Shown one piece after another: positions 24,933 through 32,000 of a stretch of DNA of 32,000 nucleotides. Both the position numbers and the translations under genes were made by a program. Position 1 is the stretch's first letter; every line of letters starts with the position of its first letter. The DNA lies in the NCBI RefSeq assembly GCF_003044035.1, contig NZ_NVQC01000030.1, forward strand, positions 1 to 32,000, read 5' to 3'. The stretch is from Candidatus Methylomirabilis limnetica (GTDB lineage: Bacteria > Methylomirabilota > Methylomirabilia > Methylomirabilales > Methylomirabilaceae). The notes beneath the pieces are model-generated. The model was not told where the DNA came from. It searched no databases and worked only from the letters and a program-made list of their open reading frames with translations.

Positions 24933-25039
24933 GAGTTTCGAGTCTCGGGTTTAGAGTTTCGAGTTTGAGGAACTCCCGAATCTCCTTTCAACTCAGAACT
25001 TGGTACTCCGAACTCGAAACTCGGAACGCGAAACTCGAA
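24933..25039. repeat. Inverted heptamer-array element between trpS and guaB
   Basis: Left arm GAGTTTC GAGTCTC GGGTTTA GAGTTTC GAGTTTG (24933-24967). Right arm ACTCAGA ACTTGGT ACTCCGA ACTCGAA ACTCGGA ACGCGAA ACTCGAA (24991-25039), which is the reverse complement of the same heptamer. The core between them is ~23 nt. Confidence 0.75.
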
Positions 25040-25044
25040 ACGGG

Positions 25045-26031
25045 TTACATGCCCATCGCGGCCTTGACCTCTGACAGGGTCTCGCTCGCAACCTTCTTGG
25101 CCTTGGAGTACCCATCTTCCAATACCTCCTGAGCGATCTCCGGGCGAGTTGCCAGCTCCTGCCGCCGGTCGTAAATGGGCCGAAGGATCGGAAGCATGTG
25201 CTGCAGGAGAACCCCCTTACAATCCAGGCAGCCGATCCCTGCCGTCCGGCAGCCGGGATCGATGATGGTGTCCCGCTCGACCTTAGGAGTGAAGATCTTG
25301 TGCAGGTCAAAGACCGGGCAGACATCAGGATTGCCGGGATCGCTCCGGCGCACCCTGGCAGGATCCGTCACCATCGGCCTGATCTTTGCGGTCACCTGTT
25401 CGGACGAGTCGGTCAGATAGACGGCGTTACCGTAACTCTTGCTCATCTTGCGGCCATCGGTGCCCGGAACCTTCGGGAACTCCGTCAGGAGCGCCTCCGG
25501 TATAACGAAGACCTCACTGTATAGGTGGTTGAAGCGTCGCGCAATCTCCCGTGTCAATTCCAAATGCGGTACCTGATCGATACCGACCGGCACATATTCA
25601 GCCTTGTAGAGTAGGATGTCCGAGGCCATCAGGACCGGGTAACCCAGAAATCCGTACGTGCTGAGGTCTTTGGTGGTGAGCTCCTGCTGCTGCTCCTTGT
25701 ACGTTGGATTCCGCTCCAGCCAGGGGACAGGCGTGATCATCGACAGCAACAGGTACAGCTCCGCATGTTCATGAAGCCTGGACTGCAGGAAGAGGGGCGC
25801 TTTCGAGGGGTCGATCCCGGTCGCCAGCATATCCAGGACCATCTCGCGGATATTCTCCCGGATGCCCTTCGTCTCGGCGTACTCGGTCGTGAGCGCATGC
25901 CAGTCGGCCACGAAGAAGAAGCACTCATACGCTTCCTGTAATAGACGCCAGTTATCCAAGGCCCCGAACAGGTGGCCGAGGTGAAGGCGCCCCGTCGGCC
26001 TCATCCCACTCAAGACCCGACTCTTCGACAT
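25045..26031 (-). CDS. trpS: Tryptophan--tRNA ligase
   Basis: 328 aa. HIGH-type motif (TGRLHLGH) and KMSKS are present. Size and motif spacing fit bacterial TrpRS. Confidence 0.95.
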   Translation of the reverse strand: MSKSRVLSGMRPTGRLHLGHLFGALDNWRLLQEAYECFFFVADWHALTTEYAETKGIRENIREMVLDMLATGIDPSKAPLFLQSRLHEHAELYLLLSMITPVPWLERNPTYKEQQQELTTKDLSTYGFLGYPVLMASDILLYKAEYVPVGIDQVPHLELTREIARRFNHLYSEVFVIPEALLTEFPKVPGTDGRKMSKSYGNAVYLTDSSEQVTAKIRPMVTDPARVRRSDPGNPDVCPVFDLHKIFTPKVERDTIIDPGCRTAGIGCLDCKGVLLQHMLPILRPIYDRRQELATRPEIAQEVLEDGYSKAKKVASETLSEVKAAMGM

Positions 26032-26052
26032 CGACGAATGTGCTCCTTTTCC

Positions 26053-26219
26053 GTAACTACTCAGATAGGTAGATAGGCTGAAGGCTGAAGGCTCTTAGGG
26101 GTAAGTCATGCGTGATCATACAAAACTCCGAAAAGGTCTTGAATGGCTCGTTTCGTGCCGTGCAAGATAATTTAGAACCTTCAGTCTTCAGTCTTCAGCC
26201 TAAACACCTGAGTAGTTAC
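26053..26219. mobile_element. MITE (167 bp), same family as 11028-11182 but inverted, with a 7/8 target-site duplication
   Basis: Left end GTAACTACTCAGATAGGTAGATAGGCTGAAGGCTGAAGG. Right end ...CAGCCTAAACACCTGAGTAGTTAC. Its reverse complement aligns along the whole length with 11028-11182. Flanks are CCTTTTCC (26045-26052) and CCTTTGCC (26220-26227). Confidence 0.8.
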
Positions 26220-26230
26220 CCTTTGCCCTG

Positions 26231-26896
26231 CTATACGCCGAGCAACAGCCCGGCAACCAGCGCGATGGGCGGCCAGATCAGGCGATCTACCACCCCGCTG
26301 AACATCAGAACCATTAGAACAACAAAACCGTACCGCTCGATCCTGCTGTACGAGGCGGCATGGCGGGGCGGCAAGAGGCCGGCCAAGACGCGGCCGCCAT
26401 CGAGCGGCAACAAGGGAATCAGGTTAAAGATGGCCAGCGCCACGTTGATCAGTACGCTCCAGTGCAACATATGATGGACCGGTGTGCTGAGCCACGAAAG
26501 CAACCCGGTGGACTCACCCACCTCTGCCGTCCCATCGAACAACCGAAGAGACAAAGCACACACGGAAGCGAGGATGAGGTTCGCGCAAGGTCCAGCCGCC
26601 GCCACCAAAATCATGTCGCGCCTCGGATGTCGGAGGTTGTCGAAATTCACCGGAACCGGCTTGGCCCAGCCCACCGGCGTGAAGATCAGCGCCAGGGTTC
26701 CGACCGGATCGAGATGGGCGATGGGGTTAAAGGTGAGGCGGCCTAACAATCGCGCGGTTGGATCGCCACGCTTGTCGGCAACCCACCCGTGGGCATACTC
26801 GTGAAACGTCAAGGCTGCCAGGATAGCCGGCAGCTTCACGCTCGTATTCAGAATGAACTGCGTTAGATCAAACATGTCATCTCTATTGTCTAGCAC
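26231..26896 (-). CDS. Site-2 protease family (peptidase M50) membrane metalloprotease
   Basis: HEYAHGW zinc motif near the N-terminus, several hydrophobic segments, and LIPLLPLDGG, the second M50 motif. The start is GTG 26896 or ATG 26875. Confidence 0.8.
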   Translation of the reverse strand: MLDNRDDMFDLTQFILNTSVKLPAILAALTFHEYAHGWVADKRGDPTARLLGRLTFNPIAHLDPVGTLALIFTPVGWAKPVPVNFDNLRHPRRDMILVAAAGPCANLILASVCALSLRLFDGTAEVGESTGLLSWLSTPVHHMLHWSVLINVALAIFNLIPLLPLDGGRVLAGLLPPRHAASYSRIERYGFVVLMVLMFSGVVDRLIWPPIALVAGLLLGV

Positions 26897-26967
26897 CCAG
26901 CCTAAATTAGCCTGAACTTACCGTAACAAAGGGGACCCCCCTTGTCAATCCCGAAGGCTCCCCTGAG

Positions 26968-27124
26968 GTAACCATTCAGTTACGGGTGGAAAATCTCCCC
27001 TAACCCCTCTTCTCCAAAGAGGGGGACTAACCGTTTCCCCCTTTGGAAAAGGGGGATTAAGGGGGATTTTATAAAAAACACCACATTTTCTTTAATGATT
27101 TTCCCCCTCTCACTGAATGGTTAC
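26968..27124. mobile_element. MITE-like element with related termini GTAACCATTCAG and a 7/8 target-site duplication
   Basis: GTAACCATTCAGT (26968-26980) and ACTGAATGGTTAC (27112-27124) are perfect inverted repeats. Flanks are CCCCTGAG (26960-26967) and CCCCTGGG (27125-27132). The interior consists of CCCCTCTT..AAGAGGGG and CCCCCTTTGGAAAAGGGGG hairpins. The terminus resembles GTAACTACTCAG of the other copies. Confidence 0.7.
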
Positions 27125-28432
27125 CCCCTGGGCGACGCGCTGAAGGACAAACGAGGTCTCATCCTCTTTGGTGCGGAGGCGCCCGTCCAGCTTGGCCGAG
27201 CGCAGGGCGGCAAGGATCCTCCGATAGATGGGGCCGGGCTGGAACCCCAACCGGCCCAGATCCCCCCCTTTGAGCAGCGGCACAACGCTCCATGAGGTGG
27301 CGAGATATTCGGAGACCGCCTCCTGCGCCGATCCTTTCACAAGTCCGGCCAGGAGCACGATCCTGGCCTCCGGTGAAAGGGGATCGAGAAGCCGGGCGAT
27401 CCGGCTTTGGCGAAGATCGATGGCGCGTGTCAGCTTCTGCACAGCTTGTCGACATGCCTTGTGGTCGGCCGCAAGCTTCTCGGCAATCCCTTGGGGCGGG
27501 GTGAGCCTTGTGAGGATGGCAACAACCGTCCTTGGATGCAACAGATAGAGCATCCCAAGGAGAAGTACCTCATCTTCTGCTGCTCCCTCCAGTAACGGCA
27601 TCGATGATGCCTGAGTGAGTATCCGCCCCACGCGTTCGAGCAGACCGAAGGCGGCAGCAGGGAGGGCGAGCTTCGGATGAATAGCCGTCAATACGTCCAG
27701 ATCCCCAAGACGCCTGATGATGCGGGAAGCGGATGGTTCCTTCGCAATCAGGTAGAGCTCCCTGAAAATTCTCGAACCGGTAAGATGCCTGATCACTCCC
27801 CCCTTCACTGCAGCCTTCATCAACCGCAAGGTGCCTCGAGCAATAACAAACCGGTATCGGCCCTCAAACCGGGCTGTTCTGAAGAGCCGGGTGGGGTCGT
27901 CGATGAAACTCCGCTCGTGTAGGACTCTGATCCGCCCGCGCTCCAGGTCCCGGAGTCCTTCCAGTGGATCAATGAGCGGTCCGAACCGATGACGGTCGAT
28001 GCGGGCAGCCATAGCATTGATGCTGAAATCCCGTCGAAGCAGATCGGCGAGCAGTGGGGCGGGTTGAACCTCCGGCAGCGCGGCAGCATGCGGGTATCGT
28101 TCCGACCTGGCGGTGGCGAGATCGAGCGTTCTGCTCCCCGATCGGCGTCGGGGACAGGCCCCAGGAAGCCGTAGGTGGGCAGTTCCGAACCTTGGGTGAG
28201 ACGTCATCACTGCCCTGAGGAAGTGCGCCAGACGTTTGGCCGCAGCGATCGCATCGCCCTCAACTACCAGATCGATATCAACATTGCCCTGGCCAAGGAG
28301 CAGGTCCCGCACATAGCCGCCGACAACATAGATCGGCGAAGGGGCGGCAGCCCTGCGTGCAGCCTCCAGCGCCCTCCGGCTGAGAGGGTCAAGCTTTCGG
28401 AATTGTGGAAGCTGCATCACATGCGTTGACAT
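27110..28432 (-). CDS. tRNA nucleotidyltransferase / poly(A) polymerase family protein (CCA-adding type)
   Basis: GGYVRDLLLGQGNVDIDLVVEG nucleotidyltransferase motif, RRDFSINAMA, and a long C-terminal extension. The ORF opens at 28540 inside the repeat cluster. ATG 28432 (MSTHVMQLP) is preferred, and 28417 is possible. The last four codons and the stop lie inside the MITE terminus. Confidence 0.8.
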   Translation of the reverse strand: MSTHVMQLPQFRKLDPLSRRALEAARRAAAPSPIYVVGGYVRDLLLGQGNVDIDLVVEGDAIAAAKRLAHFLRAVMTSHPRFGTAHLRLPGACPRRRSGSRTLDLATARSERYPHAAALPEVQPAPLLADLLRRDFSINAMAARIDRHRFGPLIDPLEGLRDLERGRIRVLHERSFIDDPTRLFRTARFEGRYRFVIARGTLRLMKAAVKGGVIRHLTGSRIFRELYLIAKEPSASRIIRRLGDLDVLTAIHPKLALPAAAFGLLERVGRILTQASSMPLLEGAAEDEVLLLGMLYLLHPRTVVAILTRLTPPQGIAEKLAADHKACRQAVQKLTRAIDLRQSRIARLLDPLSPEARIVLLAGLVKGSAQEAVSEYLATSWSVVPLLKGGDLGRLGFQPGPIYRRILAALRSAKLDGRLRTKEDETSFVLQRVAQGVTIQ

Positions 28433-28440
28433 CGTTATTG

Positions 28441-28652
28441 CCTCGAAAGCCCCCCCACCCGTCCCCTCCCCCCCGGATCGAGTCCGGGGCAGGCTCTCCG
28501 AGGGGGGAGGGTTAAGGAGGGGGTGCGTCGCACCTCGCACTTAGGGCAGCCACAAGGGCTGCCCCTACATGTCGTACCCTGCACCGGGCGCAGCAAGCAG
28601 CGCCCCTACGCACTTCGCACCCCTACACCCTACACCCTATACCCTAAACCCT
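28441..28652. repeat. Cluster of three hairpin families plus a heptamer array
   Basis: Contains CCCTCCCCCC...GGGGGGAGGG (28464-28511), the R1 hairpin CTTAGGGCAGCCACAAGGGCTGCCCCTAC (28540-28568), the R2 hairpin GGGCGCAGCAAGCAGCGCCCCTAC (28586-28609), and CACCCCT ACACCCT ACACCCT ATACCCT AAACCCT (28618-28652). Confidence 0.7.
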
Positions 28653-28656
28653 GTCC

Positions 28657-29544
28657 TTAGGCCCTTGGGTGGTAGCGGTTGTAGACCGTCTTCAGGTGCG
28701 CCCGGGAGACGTGAGTGTAGATCTGCGTCGTGGAGATATCGGCGTGACCTAACATCATCTGGACCGCCCGAAGATCGGCGCCGCGCTCGAGCAGGTGCGT
28801 GGCAAAAGAATGGCGAAGCGTGTGAGGGGTCACCCGCCGATCGATCCCCGCCGCTACCGCATGCGCGCGGAGGAGCTTCCAGAAGCCCTGACGCGTCATC
28901 GGCCACCCAAGGCGGTTCAAGAATAGCACAGGACTTGACCGTCCTTTTTGAAGATGCGGCCTTGAGGTAGCGAGATACTGGCGAACGGCCGTCTGGGCAT
29001 CGCTCCCCAGTGGAACCACACGGTCCTTCCCGCCCTTTCCTTGGCAGCGCACGTAGCCCACTTCCAGGTCCACATCGGACAACCGGAGGGTTACCAGCTC
29101 CGACACTCGAAGGCCGGCCGCGTACAGCACCTCCAGCATTGCCTTGTCACGGATACCTCGCGGATTGCTGGTGACCAGCGCGGCCAGCAGCCGCTCCACC
29201 TCCTCCTGGCTCAGCACCCCTGGTAAACGCATCCAGGGGCTCGTGGACTCGAGGTGCGCGGTGGGATCATCTTTCACATGGCCCTGCGCCAGGAGAAACC
29301 GGAAGAGGCCCCGCAGCGACGCAATGTGGCGCGCGACCGTGCGAGGCGCCAACCCCTCCTCTCGGAGCGTCAAGAGCAGGCGCGCGACCTGCCCGCGGCT
29401 GACCTCCTGGAATGCGCTAGCCCCAGCGTGCTTGAGGTAACCGGTTATCCGGCGAAGATCCCGCGCATACGCTGCCAGGCTGTTCTCAGCCAGTCCCCGC
29501 TCGACCGTGAGATACCTCAGGTATTCCTCGATCAACTGCTCCAT
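28657..29544 (-). CDS. xerD: Tyrosine site-specific recombinase, XerD-like
   Basis: 295 aa. N-terminal YLTVERGLAENSLAAYARDL and C-terminal HTLRHSFATHLLERGADLRAVQMMLGHADISTTQIYTHV supply the R..H-x-x-R..Y catalytic set. XerC versus XerD cannot be settled without a search. Confidence 0.8.
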   Translation of the reverse strand: MEQLIEEYLRYLTVERGLAENSLAAYARDLRRITGYLKHAGASAFQEVSRGQVARLLLTLREEGLAPRTVARHIASLRGLFRFLLAQGHVKDDPTAHLESTSPWMRLPGVLSQEEVERLLAALVTSNPRGIRDKAMLEVLYAAGLRVSELVTLRLSDVDLEVGYVRCQGKGGKDRVVPLGSDAQTAVRQYLATSRPHLQKGRSSPVLFLNRLGWPMTRQGFWKLLRAHAVAAGIDRRVTPHTLRHSFATHLLERGADLRAVQMMLGHADISTTQIYTHVSRAHLKTVYNRYHPRA

Positions 29545-29545
29545 G

Positions 29546-29580
29546 GTCAGCTGTCAGCTGACAGCTATTAGCTATCAGCT
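29546..29580. repeat. Heptamer array containing an 18-bp perfect palindrome
   Basis: GTCAGCT GTCAGCT GACAGCT ATTAGCT ATCAGCT. AGCTGTCAGCTGACAGCT (29549-29566) is a perfect palindrome. The array spans the 23-nt gap between the GT4 stop and the xerD start and extends into the last GT4 codons. Confidence 0.8.
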
Positions 29581-30722
29581 GCCCTTGTTAGGAGCCGCTC
29601 GTAGGCTTCGAGCAGCCGTGCGGCCGAGGCTTCGGCCGTCATCTGCATCGCCCTCACCCTGCCCTGCTCGGCGTAGCGATGGAGGCTCGCCCCATCGCGA
29701 AGCAACGTGAGCAAGCGCTGGACGAAATCATTCTCGGCATCATTGGCCAGCGCGCCGTTTACTCCATCGACAATGAAATCCGAGGTGCCAACAGACCGGA
29801 CGGCCAAGACGGGGAGCCCGTGCGCCATCGCTTCGAGCACGACCAGGCCTTGGGTCTCCGAGACAGACGGAAAGACAAAGAGGTCCGCAGCCCGATACCA
29901 GCAGCCCACAGCCTGGTGCGGAACCGGGCCCACAAAGTGGACGCGGTCAGCGATGTCCAGATGGGTGGCCAGCCGCTGTAACGACCGCTCCTCATCCCCC
30001 TCCCCGACTACCAACAAAGTGAGGTTGGGCGCACCCCGAATCGCGGCGCGGACTGCCCGCAGGAGCAACTCGAGATTCTTTTCCCTGGCCAGCCGCCCCA
30101 CGTACAAGAGGACCGGCCCGTCCTCCGGCACACCCAGGCGACGCCGAATCTGGGTCTTCGATTCCTCCGGCTCTTCCGGCGGCTCGATCCCCGTTGGAAT
30201 CACTTCAATGGGAGAGGTGACCCCATGGGTGAGCAGCCGCTCCTGCACCCCTGAAGTGGGCGCGATGACCAGATCGGCCTGGTTGGCGAAGGCATAGCTC
30301 CGGGCCTCCGCGATCCTGGCAGCCAGGGGCGAGACGACCGGCAGGTAATGGGCATAATGCTCGTACAGCGTATGATAGGTAAACACGCACGGGACTCGTA
30401 GACGGCGAGCCAATCGGCGGGCGTAAGGCCCGACAAGGAACGGGTGGTGAGCATGGATGACCTGCAGCCCAAGGCGTGGAATCAGACGACGAAGCCCCAC
30501 GGCGGCGGCTGGAATCGGCAAGGCATAGCGGTGATGTGTCGGAACGCGCAGCGATGGGAACCGGTAGGTGTCGGGCTCTACCTCCTGGCGGCCCGGGTAA
30601 CGCGGTGCAAAGATAAAGACCCGGTGGCCGAGGCGACGCAGGTGAAGGGCAAATTGTTGAATGGAGACCGCGAGGCCGTTCAGCAGCGGGGAGGCGTTGC
30701 AGGTAAAAAAACCGATCCGCAC
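29568..30722 (-). CDS. Glycosyltransferase family 4 (group 1)
   Basis: GT4 C-terminal pattern: GRLAREKNLELLL ... FVFPSVSETQGLVVLEAMAHGLPVLA. The ORF opens at 30749 inside an R1 repeat. GTG 30722 (VRIGFFTCN...) matches typical GT4 N-termini. Confidence 0.85.
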   Translation of the reverse strand: MRIGFFTCNASPLLNGLAVSIQQFALHLRRLGHRVFIFAPRYPGRQEVEPDTYRFPSLRVPTHHRYALPIPAAAVGLRRLIPRLGLQVIHAHHPFLVGPYARRLARRLRVPCVFTYHTLYEHYAHYLPVVSPLAARIAEARSYAFANQADLVIAPTSGVQERLLTHGVTSPIEVIPTGIEPPEEPEESKTQIRRRLGVPEDGPVLLYVGRLAREKNLELLLRAVRAAIRGAPNLTLLVVGEGDEERSLQRLATHLDIADRVHFVGPVPHQAVGCWYRAADLFVFPSVSETQGLVVLEAMAHGLPVLAVRSVGTSDFIVDGVNGALANDAENDFVQRLLTLLRDGASLHRYAEQGRVRAMQMTAEASAARLLEAYERLLTRAADS

Positions 30723-30726
30723 CCAG

Positions 30727-30890
30727 CACCTCGCACTTAGGGCAGCCACGAGGGACTGCCCCTACGCTTCGCACTTCGCAGTACCAAGCACGGCAAATCC
30801 CCCCGTGCCCCCCTTTTGTAAAGGGGGGGTGGGGGGTTTTTGTACCCCGCGCTTAGGGCAGCCACAAGGGCTGCCCCTACACTTCGTATC
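30727..30890. repeat. Two R1 hairpins flanking a poly-C/poly-G hairpin
   Basis: CTTAGGGCAGCCACGAGGGACTGCCCCTAC (30736-30765), CCCCCCTTTTGTAAAGGGGGGG within 30786-30840, and CTTAGGGCAGCCACAAGGGCTGCCCCTAC (30852-30880). Confidence 0.7.
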
Positions 30891-30897
30891 CCGCACA

Positions 30898-32000
30898 TCA
30901 TTTCCGGGTGACCTCCGTGTGAGTAATGGAGATGCCAAGCGCCAGGCGAGCCTGCATGTAAAGCTGTGCCGTAGCCATCAGGAAATAGTTATGCAAATTG
31001 ATCGGTGCGAAGGTGAGGCGAGACCACTCAAAGAGTTTCCTGGACTGCCGCCAACGGCGAGGCGGCCGTTGATAAATGATCGGCTTCAGCGTGTGGGGGA
31101 CTAAAACCATGCTCAAGAACATCGAAGCGGTCAGTACAATCGTCTGGAATTGGAGATTAAAGGCGGCGAGTGGACTCACACACAGGCCCTTACTCCCGAT
31201 CCGTAAGGCGAGCACATCAGGCGAGAGGAATACCTGAAACGGCCACAGCTCCTTGACGCAGGGGCTGATCCAGGAGATCAGGATCAGTTGCGCCGGTAAA
31301 AAGACCATGAGAGGTGGCATCGCGTTGGCAAACAGCGCCCGAAGCGCCAGGAACAACTTCCGCTTCAGCAGCGGCACCCGCATATCGTCAAATCTTCGCA
31401 CGTAATTGACCACGAATTTGACGTCCACCGCGCCGCGTGCCCAACGGGCGATCTGGCCCCACGAGTCCCTGGTGGTGAGCGGCGCCTGTCCCCAGGTTGG
31501 CATCTTGACAGGGGCCACGCGAAACCCTTCCATCACCACCTTGTACCTAAACTGCATATCCTCGTTGTGACGATTCGGTTCAAAGTAGTCCACCGTACGG
31601 AAATCACGGAATAGGAGGCTCGTCCCGGGACCCAGGACCAGATAGTCGCCGGCAGTCTGCATCTTTCCCAACTGATACAGGACGAACCCGGAGTTGTGCA
31701 GACGAGGCAGCATCGGCACCTTCCAGTAGTTCGAGGTGTAGGTGGTCAGCGACTGCAGGACGACCCCTCGGTCTCCCCTGGCCATCGCACGTTCCGCTTC
31801 CAGCCGATGGCGATGCTCCCGGAAGGCAAGATCCTGTGGGTGCAGAATCGTATCGGCATCGATAATCAGAATCTTCAGGTCCTCATCCCGGAGCGCGCCA
31901 TCATCGATCTGGCGCGCAAGATAACGGCCGGCCGCGCTAATCGATGTCGCCTTACATCTGTTCACGATCCCGTCGGTAGGATAGGTGAAGAGCCTGATCC
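30898..32000 (-). CDS. Processive family-2 glycosyltransferase (cellulose/chitin/PNAG-synthase-like), 5' end outside the window
   Basis: LIIDADT (DxD), NEDMQF (ED) and QIARWARG (QxxRW) motifs, followed by C-terminal hydrophobic segments. The frame stays open upstream of the listed GTG 31965 to the window edge (...RLFTYPTDGIV...). Confidence 0.85.
   Translation of the reverse strand, partial: IRLFTYPTDGIVNRCKATSISAAGRYLARQIDDGALRDEDLKILIIDADTILHPQDLAFREHRHRLEAERAMARGDRGVVLQSLTTYTSNYWKVPMLPRLHNSGFVLYQLGKMQTAGDYLVLGPGTSLLFRDFRTVDYFEPNRHNEDMQFRYKVVMEGFRVAPVKMPTWGQAPLTTRDSWGQIARWARGAVDVKFVVNYVRRFDDMRVPLLKRKLFLALRALFANAMPPLMVFLPAQLILISWISPCVKELWPFQVFLSPDVLALRIGSKGLCVSPLAAFNLQFQTIVLTASMFLSMVLVPHTLKPIIYQRPPRRWRQSRKLFEWSRLTFAPINLHNYFLMATAQLYMQARLALGISITHTEVTRK

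Noticed and set aside
28618-28652. Telomere-like CCCTAAA / CCCTACA repeats
   Set aside because: This is one of many degenerate heptamer arrays with different cores in this window. The resemblance to eukaryotic telomere units looks coincidental, and the array lies internal to a bacterial gene string.
28657-29544. The XerD-like recombinase as the integrase of one of the inserted elements (the toxin-antitoxin cassette or an island)
   Set aside because: It is embedded in a housekeeping gene string, is 13 kb or more from the pmbA insertion, has the typical XerC/D length and motifs, and has no flanking att-like direct repeats.

Overview
GC-rich bacterial chromosomal window. I cannot assign a taxon from sequence alone. 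All protein calls come from reading the supplied translations against remembered family motifs; no BLAST or HMM search was run.

Coding content is mostly housekeeping.
- Plus-strand block: glgB, a GH57 glucan enzyme, a TPR protein, a PduO-type cobalamin adenosyltransferase, def, and tldD-pmbA.
- Minus-strand block: a partial GT2, GT4, xerD, a CCA/poly(A)-polymerase-family enzyme, an M50 protease, trpS, guaB, guaA, dnaE and a secreted 7-bladed PD40 propeller. mutT is also on the minus strand.

Accessory content:
1. A 2.3-kb five-gene island (6902-9177): two DUF4160/DUF2442-type overlapping pairs bracket a PD-(D/E)XK-like nuclease. This is my best candidate for an undescribed system.
2. An RHH/RelE toxin-antitoxin cassette inserted at the 3' end of pmbA, flanked by a ~288-bp duplication of the pmbA tail.
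3. A decayed mazEF locus next to a DUF433 + HicB-like pair.
4. A mutY remnant.

The non-coding DNA is the most unusual part of the window.
- A MITE family with GTAACYAYTCAG termini and 8-bp target-site duplications sits at four loci. Three copies lie in very short spacers between same-strand genes, and one rewrites a gene's C-terminus.
- Almost every intergenic junction carries degenerate 7-nt tandem arrays, each with its own core, often arranged as inverted arms.
- Several GC-rich hairpin families recur.
- The first ~1.27 kb is gene-free and made almost entirely of such repeats.

I found no rRNA, tRNA or CRISPR array.
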